A DNA stretch of 64,000 nt from Candidatus Aminicenantes bacterium (GTDB lineage Bacteria; Acidobacteriota; Aminicenantia; Aminicenantales; JAFGBC01). This document shows, piece after piece, positions 1-8,661 of the stretch. The stretch spans positions 3,616,001 through 3,680,000 of the forward strand of contig OY969696.1 of the NCBI GenBank assembly GCA_963702005.1, read 5' to 3'. The stretch's first letter is position 1. Each line of letters opens with the position of its first letter. A program made the translations under genes and the position numbers. The notes below the pieces were generated by a model. The model saw only the letters and a program-made list of their open reading frames with translations, was not told where the DNA came from and did not search any database.

Positions 1-2
1 TG

Positions 3-734
3 GACACGCTGGGTATCGGCAGTTTCGCCCAACAGACGGCGCTCTTCAAGTTCTTTAAGATGGTCGACGACAGGATCATCCCCGGCACCATGAACGTCGG
101 CAACACGCTCGCCACTGTCACCCAGGCTTTCATCTTCATGTCCGTCGTCAGCGTCCAGCCCTTGACCCTCGCCTCCATGTCCATCGCCGCACCGGTCGGG
201 GCCGTTCTCGGCGCGGGACGGGTCGCCAAGATGTCCCGCCGGAAAATCCAGCTCGGCATGGGATGCGGGCTGCTGGCGATCGCCCTGATCATTCTGGCCG
301 GACTCCTCAACTGGTTTCCACTGGGCGGGATCGCGACCGGCCTGACGGATTGGAAGCTGGCTGTGGCCGTGGTCATGAGCTTCGTCTTCGGCGCCCTTCA
401 GACGATCGGCGTCGGTTTTTACGCGCCCTGCATGGCTACGGTCTATGCCCTGGGCATGCATCCCAAGACGGCCTTCCCGATCATGATGACGGCCACGGCC
501 ATGCTCATGGCCGCGGGGAGCGCCCGGTTCGTCAAGGAAGACGCCTATGACCGCAAGGCCGCTATCGCCCTGACCGTGTTCGGGATCCTCGGCGTCTTCA
601 TCGCGGCCTTCATCGTCAAGTCCCTGCCGTTGACCGTCATGAAATGGGTTGTGTTGGGCGTCGTCCTTTATACGTCGGTCTGGATGTTCATTTCGGCCGC
701 CTCGAACCGTCCTGCGGCTGACCGGCGGCCGTAA
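3..734 (+). CDS. Sulfite exporter TauE/SafE family membrane protein (5' truncated by window edge)
   Basis: Frame is open from base 3 (DTLGIGSFAQQT...IIPGTMNVG). Multiple TM helices and the repeated G-I-G-x-F/Y-A motif typical of TauE/SafE. Confidence 0.8.
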   Translation, partial: DTLGIGSFAQQTALFKFFKMVDDRIIPGTMNVGNTLATVTQAFIFMSVVSVQPLTLASMSIAAPVGAVLGAGRVAKMSRRKIQLGMGCGLLAIALIILAGLLNWFPLGGIATGLTDWKLAVAVVMSFVFGALQTIGVGFYAPCMATVYALGMHPKTAFPIMMTATAMLMAAGSARFVKEDAYDRKAAIALTVFGILGVFIAAFIVKSLPLTVMKWVVLGVVLYTSVWMFISAASNRPAADRRP

Positions 735-746
735 TCCCGAAAGACC

Positions 747-2360
747 ATGGAAAGTCCGCGGCGTGCGGGCCGTCGCTCTTTATCCGTGGGCGACCTCCGG
801 ATGGGCGCTCGCTTTCTGAGGCGGCTTCCGGCGGTCCTGCGGCGGCCGTGGCGGCTTCCTCAGGCCCGGCAGGTTCTCCGCGAACGGTTTGAGAATCGGA
901 CCTCCCGCTTCCTGGCCGCGGCCAAACGCCTGATTTACAAAAATCCATCCAGCCCCTACCGCGCCCTCCTGGCCTCCGCGCGCTGCTCATTCGAGGACCT
1001 GGAGCGGCTGGTCGGACGGGAGGGAATCGAAGGGGCGCTGAGGGCTCTCTATCGGTCGGGCGTTTATCTGACCGTGGAGGAATTCAAGGGCCGCCGGCCG
1101 GTCGTCCGCGGGACGGCCGCCCTCAACGTCGATCCTCAAGCTCTCCGCAACCCGCTGGGCCGAAGCCATCTCGCCCTGAAGAGCGGCGGAAGCCGCAGCC
1201 GGGGAACCCCCGTCCATTTTGACCTGGATTTCATCAACGACTGCGCTTTAGACACCGGGCTCGCCCTCGACGGCCGGGGCGGTCTGGATTGGCAAAAAGC
1301 CACCTGGGAAGTCCCGGGGGGAGGGGCGCTCTTTTCGCTCCTCGAGTTCAGCCAGTTCGGAGCGCGGCCGGTCCGCTGGTTCTCCCAGCTCGACCCCGAA
1401 CGGGACGGTCTTCCGGCCCGCTATCGCTGGAGCGGCCGCGCTTTCCGCTGGGGATCCCTGCTGGCCGGCGTATCCCTGCCCGGGCCCCAATATGTTTCCT
1501 TGGAGGACGCCGAGCCCATCGCCCGCTGGATGGCCGAGACGGTCGCGGAGGGAGGGACGCCCTACCTCCTGACCTACCCCAGCTCCGCGCTCCGCGTCTG
1601 CCAATCGGCCGCCCGCGCCGGCCTCGACCTTTCCGGAGCCCGGATGACGATCGCCGGCGAGCCTTGCACTCGGGCGCGCCTGGAGGCTATTCGTCGGACG
1701 GGAGCCGACGTCCTTCCCAAATACGCGGCTATGGAAACGGGGCCGATCGGCTACGGCTGCCTTGACCCGCGGGCGCCGGACGACATCCATCTTCTGTCCG
1801 ACCTTCTCGCCGTCATCCGGGTCGAAGACGAAGCCGCGTCCGGACCTCTCCTTCCCGGCTCGATCCTCTTCACGTCCTTGATGCCCACGGCGCCCTTCGT
1901 CCTCTTCAACGTATCGATGGGCGACCAGGCCCGGCTCGAAGAGAGGAGCTGCGGATGCCCGCTCGAACGGCTGGGATGGACGGTCCATCTCGATACGATC
2001 CGGAGCTCCGAAAAATTGACCTGCGGCGGGATGAACTTCATGGATTCCTCGATTATCAGGGTCCTCGACGAGGTCATGCCCGCCCGATTCGGCGGCGGGC
2101 CAACGGACTACCAAATCCTGGAAGAAGAAGACGAGAACGGCGAGCCGGTCCTGAGACTCCTTATCAGGCCCGGCCTCGGCCCCGTGGACGAAGCGGAAGT
2201 GGCCAGGACGTTCCTGGCGGAGATCGGCCGGGGCGGCGGCGCCGAGGCCGTCATGGGGCTGGCCTGGCGGGACGGAAAAATCCTTCGACTGGAACGACGG
2301 GACCCTCTCCGGACGCCTTCGGGCAAGATCCTCCACCTGCACGTCAAACACTCCCCATGA
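747..2360 (+). CDS. Phenylacetate-CoA ligase (PaaK/CapK)-like adenylate-forming protein
   Basis: Degenerate ANL motifs SGGSRSRGTP, AGEP, YAAMETG, GDQARL and C-terminal RTPSGK. Start could be the ATG at 801. Confidence 0.65.
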   Translation: MESPRRAGRRSLSVGDLRMGARFLRRLPAVLRRPWRLPQARQVLRERFENRTSRFLAAAKRLIYKNPSSPYRALLASARCSFEDLERLVGREGIEGALRALYRSGVYLTVEEFKGRRPVVRGTAALNVDPQALRNPLGRSHLALKSGGSRSRGTPVHFDLDFINDCALDTGLALDGRGGLDWQKATWEVPGGGALFSLLEFSQFGARPVRWFSQLDPERDGLPARYRWSGRAFRWGSLLAGVSLPGPQYVSLEDAEPIARWMAETVAEGGTPYLLTYPSSALRVCQSAARAGLDLSGARMTIAGEPCTRARLEAIRRTGADVLPKYAAMETGPIGYGCLDPRAPDDIHLLSDLLAVIRVEDEAASGPLLPGSILFTSLMPTAPFVLFNVSMGDQARLEERSCGCPLERLGWTVHLDTIRSSEKLTCGGMNFMDSSIIRVLDEVMPARFGGGPTDYQILEEEDENGEPVLRLLIRPGLGPVDEAEVARTFLAEIGRGGGAEAVMGLAWRDGKILRLERRDPLRTPSGKILHLHVKHSP

Positions 2361-3778
2361 AAATCCTCCTGGCCGATCCTCCCCTCAAAGAAAGCTATTT
2401 CCACGCGAATTTTCCCAACCTGGGAATCCTCTACTTGATCGGAAGCCTCCGGCGCACACTCGGAGAGTCATGCCAGGTCGGGTATCTGGACGCCCACCGC
2501 GGCCTTAAGGACCATCTGGACGCGGTCGCCACCTTCCGGCCCGATCTCTACGGACTTTCCTTCGCGTTCTTCACGAGGCGGCTGGCCTATGCGACCATCC
2601 ATGAGGTCAAGGCCCGCTTCCCGCGACTGCCGGTCGTCTGCGGAGGCCCCATGCCTTCCGCCGCGCCCGCCGAGGTTCTCGAGAACTCGGAGGCCGATAT
2701 CTGCGTAAGGGGCGAGGGGGAGACGGCCATCGCCGAATTGGCGCAGGCGTTTCGCGATGGGCCGGCGTCTCTCGACGGCATCCCCGGGATCGTCCTCAAG
2801 GACGGCCGGGGCGGGCTCATCGAAACGGCGAAGCGGCCGCCCCTTCCCGACATCGATGCCATTCCCTTTCCGGCCTGGGATGCGGTCGATCTATCCAAGT
2901 ACAAGGGCTGGCACATCCGCAAATCCGATCCCCAAGCCCACATCCTGGTCAGCCGGGGTTGTCCTTTCAACTGCGTCTACTGCTCAAACCCGGTCTGGAA
3001 ATACGCCAAGCCCTGGCTCCGCTTGCGAAGCCCCGCCGACATCGCCGCCGAAGTCCGGCTCCTCCACGGGATGGGCGTCCGCGAGATCTACCTCTCGGCG
3101 GATGAGTTCAACACGAGCGAGGCCTGGACCCTGGCCGTCTGCGAAGCGATCGAAGGCCTCGGCCTCAAGGACCTGTTCTTCAACTGCAACATCCGGCCCG
3201 ATCCCATGACGCCGGCCCTCGCCCGGGCCTTCCGGAGGATCAACCTCTGGGTCGTTCATCTGGGCATCGAAACCGGGAACCAAGCGACCTTGGACGGCGT
3301 GGGAAAGAAGGTCCGGCTGGACGAGATCGTCGACGCTTGCCGGATTTTAAAAGCGGAGGGCGTCAAGGTCTTCGCTTTCGTCATGCTCTACCACGCCTGG
3401 GAGGAGGACGGCGTTCTGCGCTGGGAAACGGCGGCGGACGTCGACCGGACCTTGGCCTTCTGCAGGAAACTCCTCAAGCGCAGGCTCGTGGATTACATGT
3501 CATGGCAGGTCGCGACGCCGATGCCGGGCGCGCGTCTTTGGGACCTCGCCCTCAAGCACGACCTGTTGCCCGAGCGCGAGACAAGGGGTTTTTTCGAGCA
3601 AAGCTTGCGGCTGCCCGGTTTGCGCGGACGCGATGTCCGGAAATCTCTGCGCAAGGGCCTTTGGCTGAAGAGCTATTACACGCTCCGGAACGGGAACGTC
3701 AATCTCAGGCACCTTCCCGCCGCCTGGGCCAACCTCCGGGTCATGCTCGGCCTCGGCCCGCCCCGCGGAGCCCACTGA
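2357..3778 (+). CDS. Cobalamin-binding radical SAM protein (class B-type)
   Basis: ATGA overlap with the upstream stop. N-terminal B12-binding domain (PNLGILYL, GGPMPS, GEGE), SRGCPFNCVYC motif and LGIETG. Confidence 0.9.
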   Translation: MKILLADPPLKESYFHANFPNLGILYLIGSLRRTLGESCQVGYLDAHRGLKDHLDAVATFRPDLYGLSFAFFTRRLAYATIHEVKARFPRLPVVCGGPMPSAAPAEVLENSEADICVRGEGETAIAELAQAFRDGPASLDGIPGIVLKDGRGGLIETAKRPPLPDIDAIPFPAWDAVDLSKYKGWHIRKSDPQAHILVSRGCPFNCVYCSNPVWKYAKPWLRLRSPADIAAEVRLLHGMGVREIYLSADEFNTSEAWTLAVCEAIEGLGLKDLFFNCNIRPDPMTPALARAFRRINLWVVHLGIETGNQATLDGVGKKVRLDEIVDACRILKAEGVKVFAFVMLYHAWEEDGVLRWETAADVDRTLAFCRKLLKRRLVDYMSWQVATPMPGARLWDLALKHDLLPERETRGFFEQSLRLPGLRGRDVRKSLRKGLWLKSYYTLRNGNVNLRHLPAAWANLRVMLGLGPPRGAH

Positions 3779-3808
3779 TTCCGGTTTCGTCGTCCGCGGT
3801 GGTCGGGC

Positions 3809-4402
3809 TCAGAATTCCCGGCCGAGCCGGAAGGCCCGCGCCAGATTCTGTTCCCGGTAGGTATCGACCTTGGGCAGCATGCCGCCCAGGATTTCCATCC
3901 TCGCCTCGGCGACGCCGATCCCGAGAAGTCGGTCGTTAAGCATGATACAGCGCATGGCCTCGGCGATGCCGATCTCCTCGAGGTGCTCGATCGTGTGCCC
4001 GGCCGGGCAGATGACGAGCGCCTTGCGAATCCGAATCCGCGTCCCACGGTTTTCGTCGGTATCGTAGAAATAAGCGTATCCGTATGTCCAGACCCGGTCG
4101 AACCAGCCTTTGAGCTTGGCCGGGCAATCGCTCCACCAGACGGGGTAAATGAAGGCCAGGGCGTCGGCCCGGGCGATCTTCTCCTGTTCGGTCCGAACGT
4201 CGTCGGGGATAAGAAGGTCCGGGTCCCGGCCGACTTCACGTTCATACTGGGCGGCGTCCATTTCGGACAGGAAATCCCCGGCGTAAAGATCGGCGACCTC
4301 GAAGGTGTGCCCGGCCTCGTCCAGGCCCCTGGTGAACGCATCCAGGACGTCCCGGCAGAAAGATCTCCGGGCCGGGTGGGCGTAGAGGATATAGACATGC
4401 AC
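3809..4402 (-). CDS. NAD(P)H-dependent oxidoreductase, flavodoxin-like fold (Flavodoxin_2/NQO)
   Basis: YAHP, DLY and YPVWWSDCPAKLKGWFDRV motifs. GTG start lies 2 nt after the GH38 stop. Confidence 0.9.
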   Translation of the reverse strand: MHVYILYAHPARRSFCRDVLDAFTRGLDEAGHTFEVADLYAGDFLSEMDAAQYEREVGRDPDLLIPDDVRTEQEKIARADALAFIYPVWWSDCPAKLKGWFDRVWTYGYAYFYDTDENRGTRIRIRKALVICPAGHTIEHLEEIGIAEAMRCIMLNDRLLGIGVAEARMEILGGMLPKVDTYREQNLARAFRLGREF

Positions 4403-4404
4403 GA

Positions 4405-7359
4405 TCAGGCGCCCTTCCTTTCCCGGAGCCTCAAGGTCACGATGGAGAAGGCCGGGACGGGGACGGGAGAGCTCATGTCAAGGACGGGAGCCCCCTCGAT
4501 CGCGTCCTCGGCGATCCCGACGGCCTGGAGCGAACAGGCCGATGGGGTAAAGAGAGCGCTCGCCAGCCGGACCTCGGCGGCGCGGCCCGCGATTTCCCGC
4601 AGCCTGACGATCCAGCCGTCGCCGTCCTCGGCCTTCTTGAAGGCTTGGATGACGATGTTGGGCTGATCGACGCTAAGGAGGCTCGCGGTTCCGGCCGGAA
4701 GCGTTCCACCGCTCCCTTCCCTGAGCCAAACGGCATCGAGGGGGAAGTGGGTCTCCCATCCAAACCGGGTCGATGCGACCGGGTCGCGGCCGCCGGCTCG
4801 GCCGGTCAGGCTGTAGCGGAAGGCGATCCGACCGCCCTGGGCGGCTTTGAAGTTGGTCATCCAGTAGTTGTTTATCGCATAGGAGAAAAGGCGGGCGTTC
4901 GCGATGTCGAGCGTTTTGAGCCACTTCCCGGTGTTGATGTCGCAGAATTGGACAAGGGGCGCCTCGACCGGAGACCAAACGATGGAACGGTCCTTCCCGG
5001 CGACCTCGACCCAGTTCTGAACCGTATGCCAGTCGCGCGTCGTGCCCGGAAGTTGCTCGGTCTCGGGAGACATCCAGCCGTCGGCGATCTCGAACGTGAA
5101 CCGGGCTTGGGGCAGGGCGAAGGGGAAGGCGAAGTAGACGGCCTCGGGCTCGAAGGTCTCTTCTTTGTCCAGAGTGTCCACGATGTCGATCCGGTCCAGG
5201 CCGTTGTAGAGGACGACTTCTTGATCGAGGCTCCGGCAGCGAAGAGGGGTCGAGCGGGCGGCCAGGCTCCAGGCGACCGGACCCCGGAGGCGCGGTTCGA
5301 TCCGGGCCGAGGTCGGACTCGCCCGGTTGAAGGCGGCCCTGACCTCCATGTTGTCGACGGCCGGCCGCCCGCCGCGGGGATTTTCGTAGACATATTGGTT
5401 CAAGGTGTATCCGCTCGTTCCGTCGACGATTTCCGCGTTGGTTGTTTTGTCGACTAGGCTCGAGATCCCTCCCGCGGCCGGGTCGAGGCTGAGACGCCAG
5501 CGGCCGCTCTCGATGGAGTTGTCCTTGATCGCGACCGGCGGCTCCGTTCCCGCCGGGGGCGGCTCTTGGGCCGGAATGAAGCTGTACACGGAATAGCCCA
5601 AGGCCGGCACGTCGCGGGCGATGAAGAGAATCGAGTTGCCGTCCACGGCCTGAAAGGCCGTTTCCGCCCCGGACCTCGCCTCGACCAGCCTGAACCGGCC
5701 TTCGCTCTTGGCGAGCGCTTCGGGAAGCGCGACCTTGACGAGGCCGGTCCGCTCCCAGGAGAGGGCGTTGAAAACGGCCAGGCTGCGCGGAGCCGGGGCC
5801 GCGATTTTCGGCGCCAGGGCGGCGAGCGCGCCGTTCAAGAGGCGGCGCGACTTCTCGCGGGCGCCGTAGGCAAAGGCCGATTTGAACGTCCACTGGCTCC
5901 GGGCCAGCTCGGAATACGGGTCGTCGATGCTGTTCCAGGCTCCCCAAGTATGCTCGTCGAAGAGCAAGGATTCGTTGCCGCCCTCGCGGATCTCCACGGC
6001 CGGATAAGCATAAGCCGGATCGAGGCGGGCGGCCAGGGCGGACCAGGCTTCGCCGGCCGCGAGCTCGTCGTGGGCGACTCGATTGAGGCCCGTCTCGAAC
6101 GCCGTCGAGGCGGCGCCGTCCGTCCAATAATCGGGCCAGCCGAGCTTGTAGGCGGGGATCCGATCCCGGTACTTGGACTCGAGGGCGCCGAAGAATTCGC
6201 TCATGGTCGCCAGCCTCAGCCGGGGCCAGGCCCAGCGGCCGTTCCAGTCCTTGACGGTGTCGGAGAGCCCGCGCCCGGGCGGACAGTTGTCGGTGACCCA
6301 GGCGCTGATGTTGAAAGCGATCAAGTCATAGGGATAATCGCCCCGGGCCTCGAGCCGGGCCAGATAATCGCGGACTTTGGGGACGGCCGCGTCCGACCCT
6401 TCATGAAGGCGCAACTCGTAGTTGGCGAATAGATAGTGTTCTCCGTTCCAGTGCAGGATGCGGCTCCCGTCCTGGGACTCCCAGTAGAACGGGTTGGGCC
6501 GCCGCAGCGGGGCCCGGGAGCGGGTCTCGTTGATGCCGGTCGTAAAATATTTGACGCCCGCTTTGGACAGGACTTGGGGCGCGGCCCAGCTGAAACCGGT
6601 CACGTCGTCGTTCATGGCCGAGACGACCGGAACGCCGTAGCGGCGGCCCAGCTCGCGGGCGAGATAGACCGAGCGGATGAGCCCCTCGTGGCTGAAGCAG
6701 TCCGACATGTTCAGGTACCAGGCCGAGAGCTCGACCCGGCCGGCCTTGACGAGGTCCATGAGCTCGCGGAGCCGGGATTCGGGATAGAACTTGAGGAGCT
6801 GCTCGAGGCTCCAGGTGACCTCCACGTTCCACTTGAACTTGGCGCCGTCCGGATAGGCATCGGTCTCCCGGCAATATTTGATGACCGAATCGAGGTAGTC
6901 GGCGTGGTTGCGGGCGACGCGCGTCTGGAGCTCGGTGTAGCCGATGTCGGAGTGGGAATGATGGAAAAGATAGATCGTCCACTTGCGGGCGGGGCCGAGG
7001 CGGAGTTTCAGGGATCGCTCCTCCCCGCCGCAGCGGAGCCGGAACTCGGCCGTCGCCGCCGAAAATTGTTCGGGGAGATAGAACGCGTAGCGATCCGAGC
7101 CTTGTTTGACGGCCGCGATCGGGAAGCGGGCGGTCTCGGCCCCGGCCCGGACCGTGATCTCGGCTGGCGCCGCGTCGCCGCCGTTCTCGATGACGGCTTC
7201 GTAGCGCTGCTTGAGGCGGGCCCCGTCCTGGACGAAGAAGACGGTGGGCGCGACCTCGAATTTCACGATCCTGGGCGCGGGCGCCGGACCGGGGCCGGCC
7301 GCGACCTGTCCGACCAGGGCCAAAACCGAAAGAAGGGTTGCGATTCGCTTCGTTTTCAT
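4405..7359 (-). CDS. Secreted glycoside hydrolase family 38-like (alpha-mannosidase-type)
   Basis: Signal peptide; HSHSDIGY metal motif; DDVTG nucleophile region; FYWESQDGS; DEHTWG; FNALSW; NNYWMTNF. GGAGGAG SD. Confidence 0.85.
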   Translation of the reverse strand: MKTKRIATLLSVLALVGQVAAGPGPAPAPRIVKFEVAPTVFFVQDGARLKQRYEAVIENGGDAAPAEITVRAGAETARFPIAAVKQGSDRYAFYLPEQFSAATAEFRLRCGGEERSLKLRLGPARKWTIYLFHHSHSDIGYTELQTRVARNHADYLDSVIKYCRETDAYPDGAKFKWNVEVTWSLEQLLKFYPESRLRELMDLVKAGRVELSAWYLNMSDCFSHEGLIRSVYLARELGRRYGVPVVSAMNDDVTGFSWAAPQVLSKAGVKYFTTGINETRSRAPLRRPNPFYWESQDGSRILHWNGEHYLFANYELRLHEGSDAAVPKVRDYLARLEARGDYPYDLIAFNISAWVTDNCPPGRGLSDTVKDWNGRWAWPRLRLATMSEFFGALESKYRDRIPAYKLGWPDYWTDGAASTAFETGLNRVAHDELAAGEAWSALAARLDPAYAYPAVEIREGGNESLLFDEHTWGAWNSIDDPYSELARSQWTFKSAFAYGAREKSRRLLNGALAALAPKIAAPAPRSLAVFNALSWERTGLVKVALPEALAKSEGRFRLVEARSGAETAFQAVDGNSILFIARDVPALGYSVYSFIPAQEPPPAGTEPPVAIKDNSIESGRWRLSLDPAAGGISSLVDKTTNAEIVDGTSGYTLNQYVYENPRGGRPAVDNMEVRAAFNRASPTSARIEPRLRGPVAWSLAARSTPLRCRSLDQEVVLYNGLDRIDIVDTLDKEETFEPEAVYFAFPFALPQARFTFEIADGWMSPETEQLPGTTRDWHTVQNWVEVAGKDRSIVWSPVEAPLVQFCDINTGKWLKTLDIANARLFSYAINNYWMTNFKAAQGGRIAFRYSLTGRAGGRDPVASTRFGWETHFPLDAVWLREGSGGTLPAGTASLLSVDQPNIVIQAFKKAEDGDGWIVRLREIAGRAAEVRLASALFTPSACSLQAVGIAEDAIEGAPVLDMSSPVPVPAFSIVTLRLRERKGA

Positions 7360-7424
7360 GCGCTTGCTCCTCCGGAACGGTCTCCCCCCTTAGTTAACAT
7401 ACCGCTCCCGCCATGTAAAGCTTC

Positions 7425-8449
7425 TCAGGCCTTCTGCATGTCGCACAGAAAGCCGGGGATGACGGCCAGGGAGCCGCCCGCCAGCGCGGCTTTGATCGGA
7501 CAGACCCAGCAGTGCCCGATCCGGGGGCATAAAAAGCAGGGCCCCCGGGGCGTTTCGGACCGGTCCATGGAAAACCGGGCGTAATGGGAGGCCGTCCGGC
7601 GCGCGGCCGCTTCGGTCCATCGCGACGGGAGCCGGACCGACCCGAATGAATAGCGCCGTAAAGCGGCCGTATCGCCGCGGTCCCGAATATAATCCGCGAA
7701 CAGGACGCAGCCCCAAACTCGTCCCTCGGGATCCACCGCCATCCGGTCTTTCCCGGCGCTGCAATAGCGAAGGCGGCGGGGCGCGGCCTCGCGAAAGTTC
7801 ATGACCGGGCTTCGGTCGATCGTACCGTATCGGTCGAGGACGCGGAACCTCAATCGCTTCAATTCGCGCCGCAGCCGGCCGATGTCCGCGGCCGCCCACG
7901 GCTCCAATACCGACAGGCTGTAGCGGACCCGAGGAACGCCCCGCTCCAGGAGCTCGATCAGGGTCTCGGCCAGGGACCCGACCCCGGAGGGCGTGAAAAC
8001 GCTGTTGGTTTCGAGCCGGATCCGGGGCCGGGATGCGATCCGGTCGATCAGGGCGAGAATGCCCTCCCGGCTGCCCGCCCGCCTCTGGATGTTCTGCCGG
8101 GTCCCGTCATAGCTTAAGGTGACCGCGAACCGCTCCGCCTCGAAAAAGCCGAGGACAGCCTCGTCAACCAGGCTGCCGTTGGTGGTGATCGAGAAGCGCG
8201 GACGCCGTCCCCTTCCCCGACAGGCCGCCCGAACGCGGGCGACCGTCTCGCGGATCAGGTCGAACTCGAGAAGCGGCTCTCCCCCGTAAAAGGCGAGGAC
8301 GAAATCCCGGTTCAGGCGCGGCAAAAAAAAACGACGGCCCGGCGGGCGACCGCATCCGTCATCCGGGTCGGCCGACGCGTCTTATAGCAGTAGCGGCAGC
8401 GGAAATTACAGTCGTCGGTGACGACGAGCGCCAGCAACCCTAAGCCCAT
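7425..8449 (-). CDS. Radical SAM/SPASM enzyme (anSME/peptide-maturase type), split by a 1-nt frameshift at a T9 run
   Basis: ATG 8449 gives MGLGLLALVVTDDCNFRCRYC..., which stops at 8312. The adjacent frame carries FYGGEPLL, ITTNG, SYDG and SPASM Cys motifs (CSAG...EGRVWGC; CFLCPRIGHCWVCP; PGFLC). One extra T in the run at 8323-8331 joins them into 341 aa. Confidence 0.88.
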
Positions 8450-8453
8450 GCGG

Positions 8454-8657
8454 CTAACGGATGATCATCGTCCCGCCCGGACAGTTGCGTCCCTGCCTGG
8501 GCTGGGGCACGCCGCGGAACGTCCGCTCCAAATAAAGGAGCGCGCCCTTCGCCTTCGTCTTCGATGTCCCGGACGGGAGCTTCTCGGCCGCCGCCTTGAG
8601 GATGCGCAGGCACTTACGCACGTTAGGAGTGACCCTGATGACACGACTTTCTGCCAT
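8454..8657 (-). CDS. 67-aa basic peptide, candidate RiPP precursor
   Basis: Strong SD (AAAGGAG) overlapping the end of the upstream gene. 4-nt gaps to both neighbours. C-terminal QPRQGRNCPGGTMIIR. Lies directly upstream of the rSAM/SPASM gene. Confidence 0.75.
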   Translation of the reverse strand: MAESRVIRVTPNVRKCLRILKAAAEKLPSGTSKTKAKGALLYLERTFRGVPQPRQGRNCPGGTMIIR

Positions 8658-8661
8658 TTCT

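Noticed and set aside
1955-2356. 607-aa version of the B12 radical SAM ORF
   Set aside because: The extension overlaps the upstream gene in another frame and is Arg/Pro/Gly-rich shadow sequence. The ATGA coupling at 2357 marks the real start.
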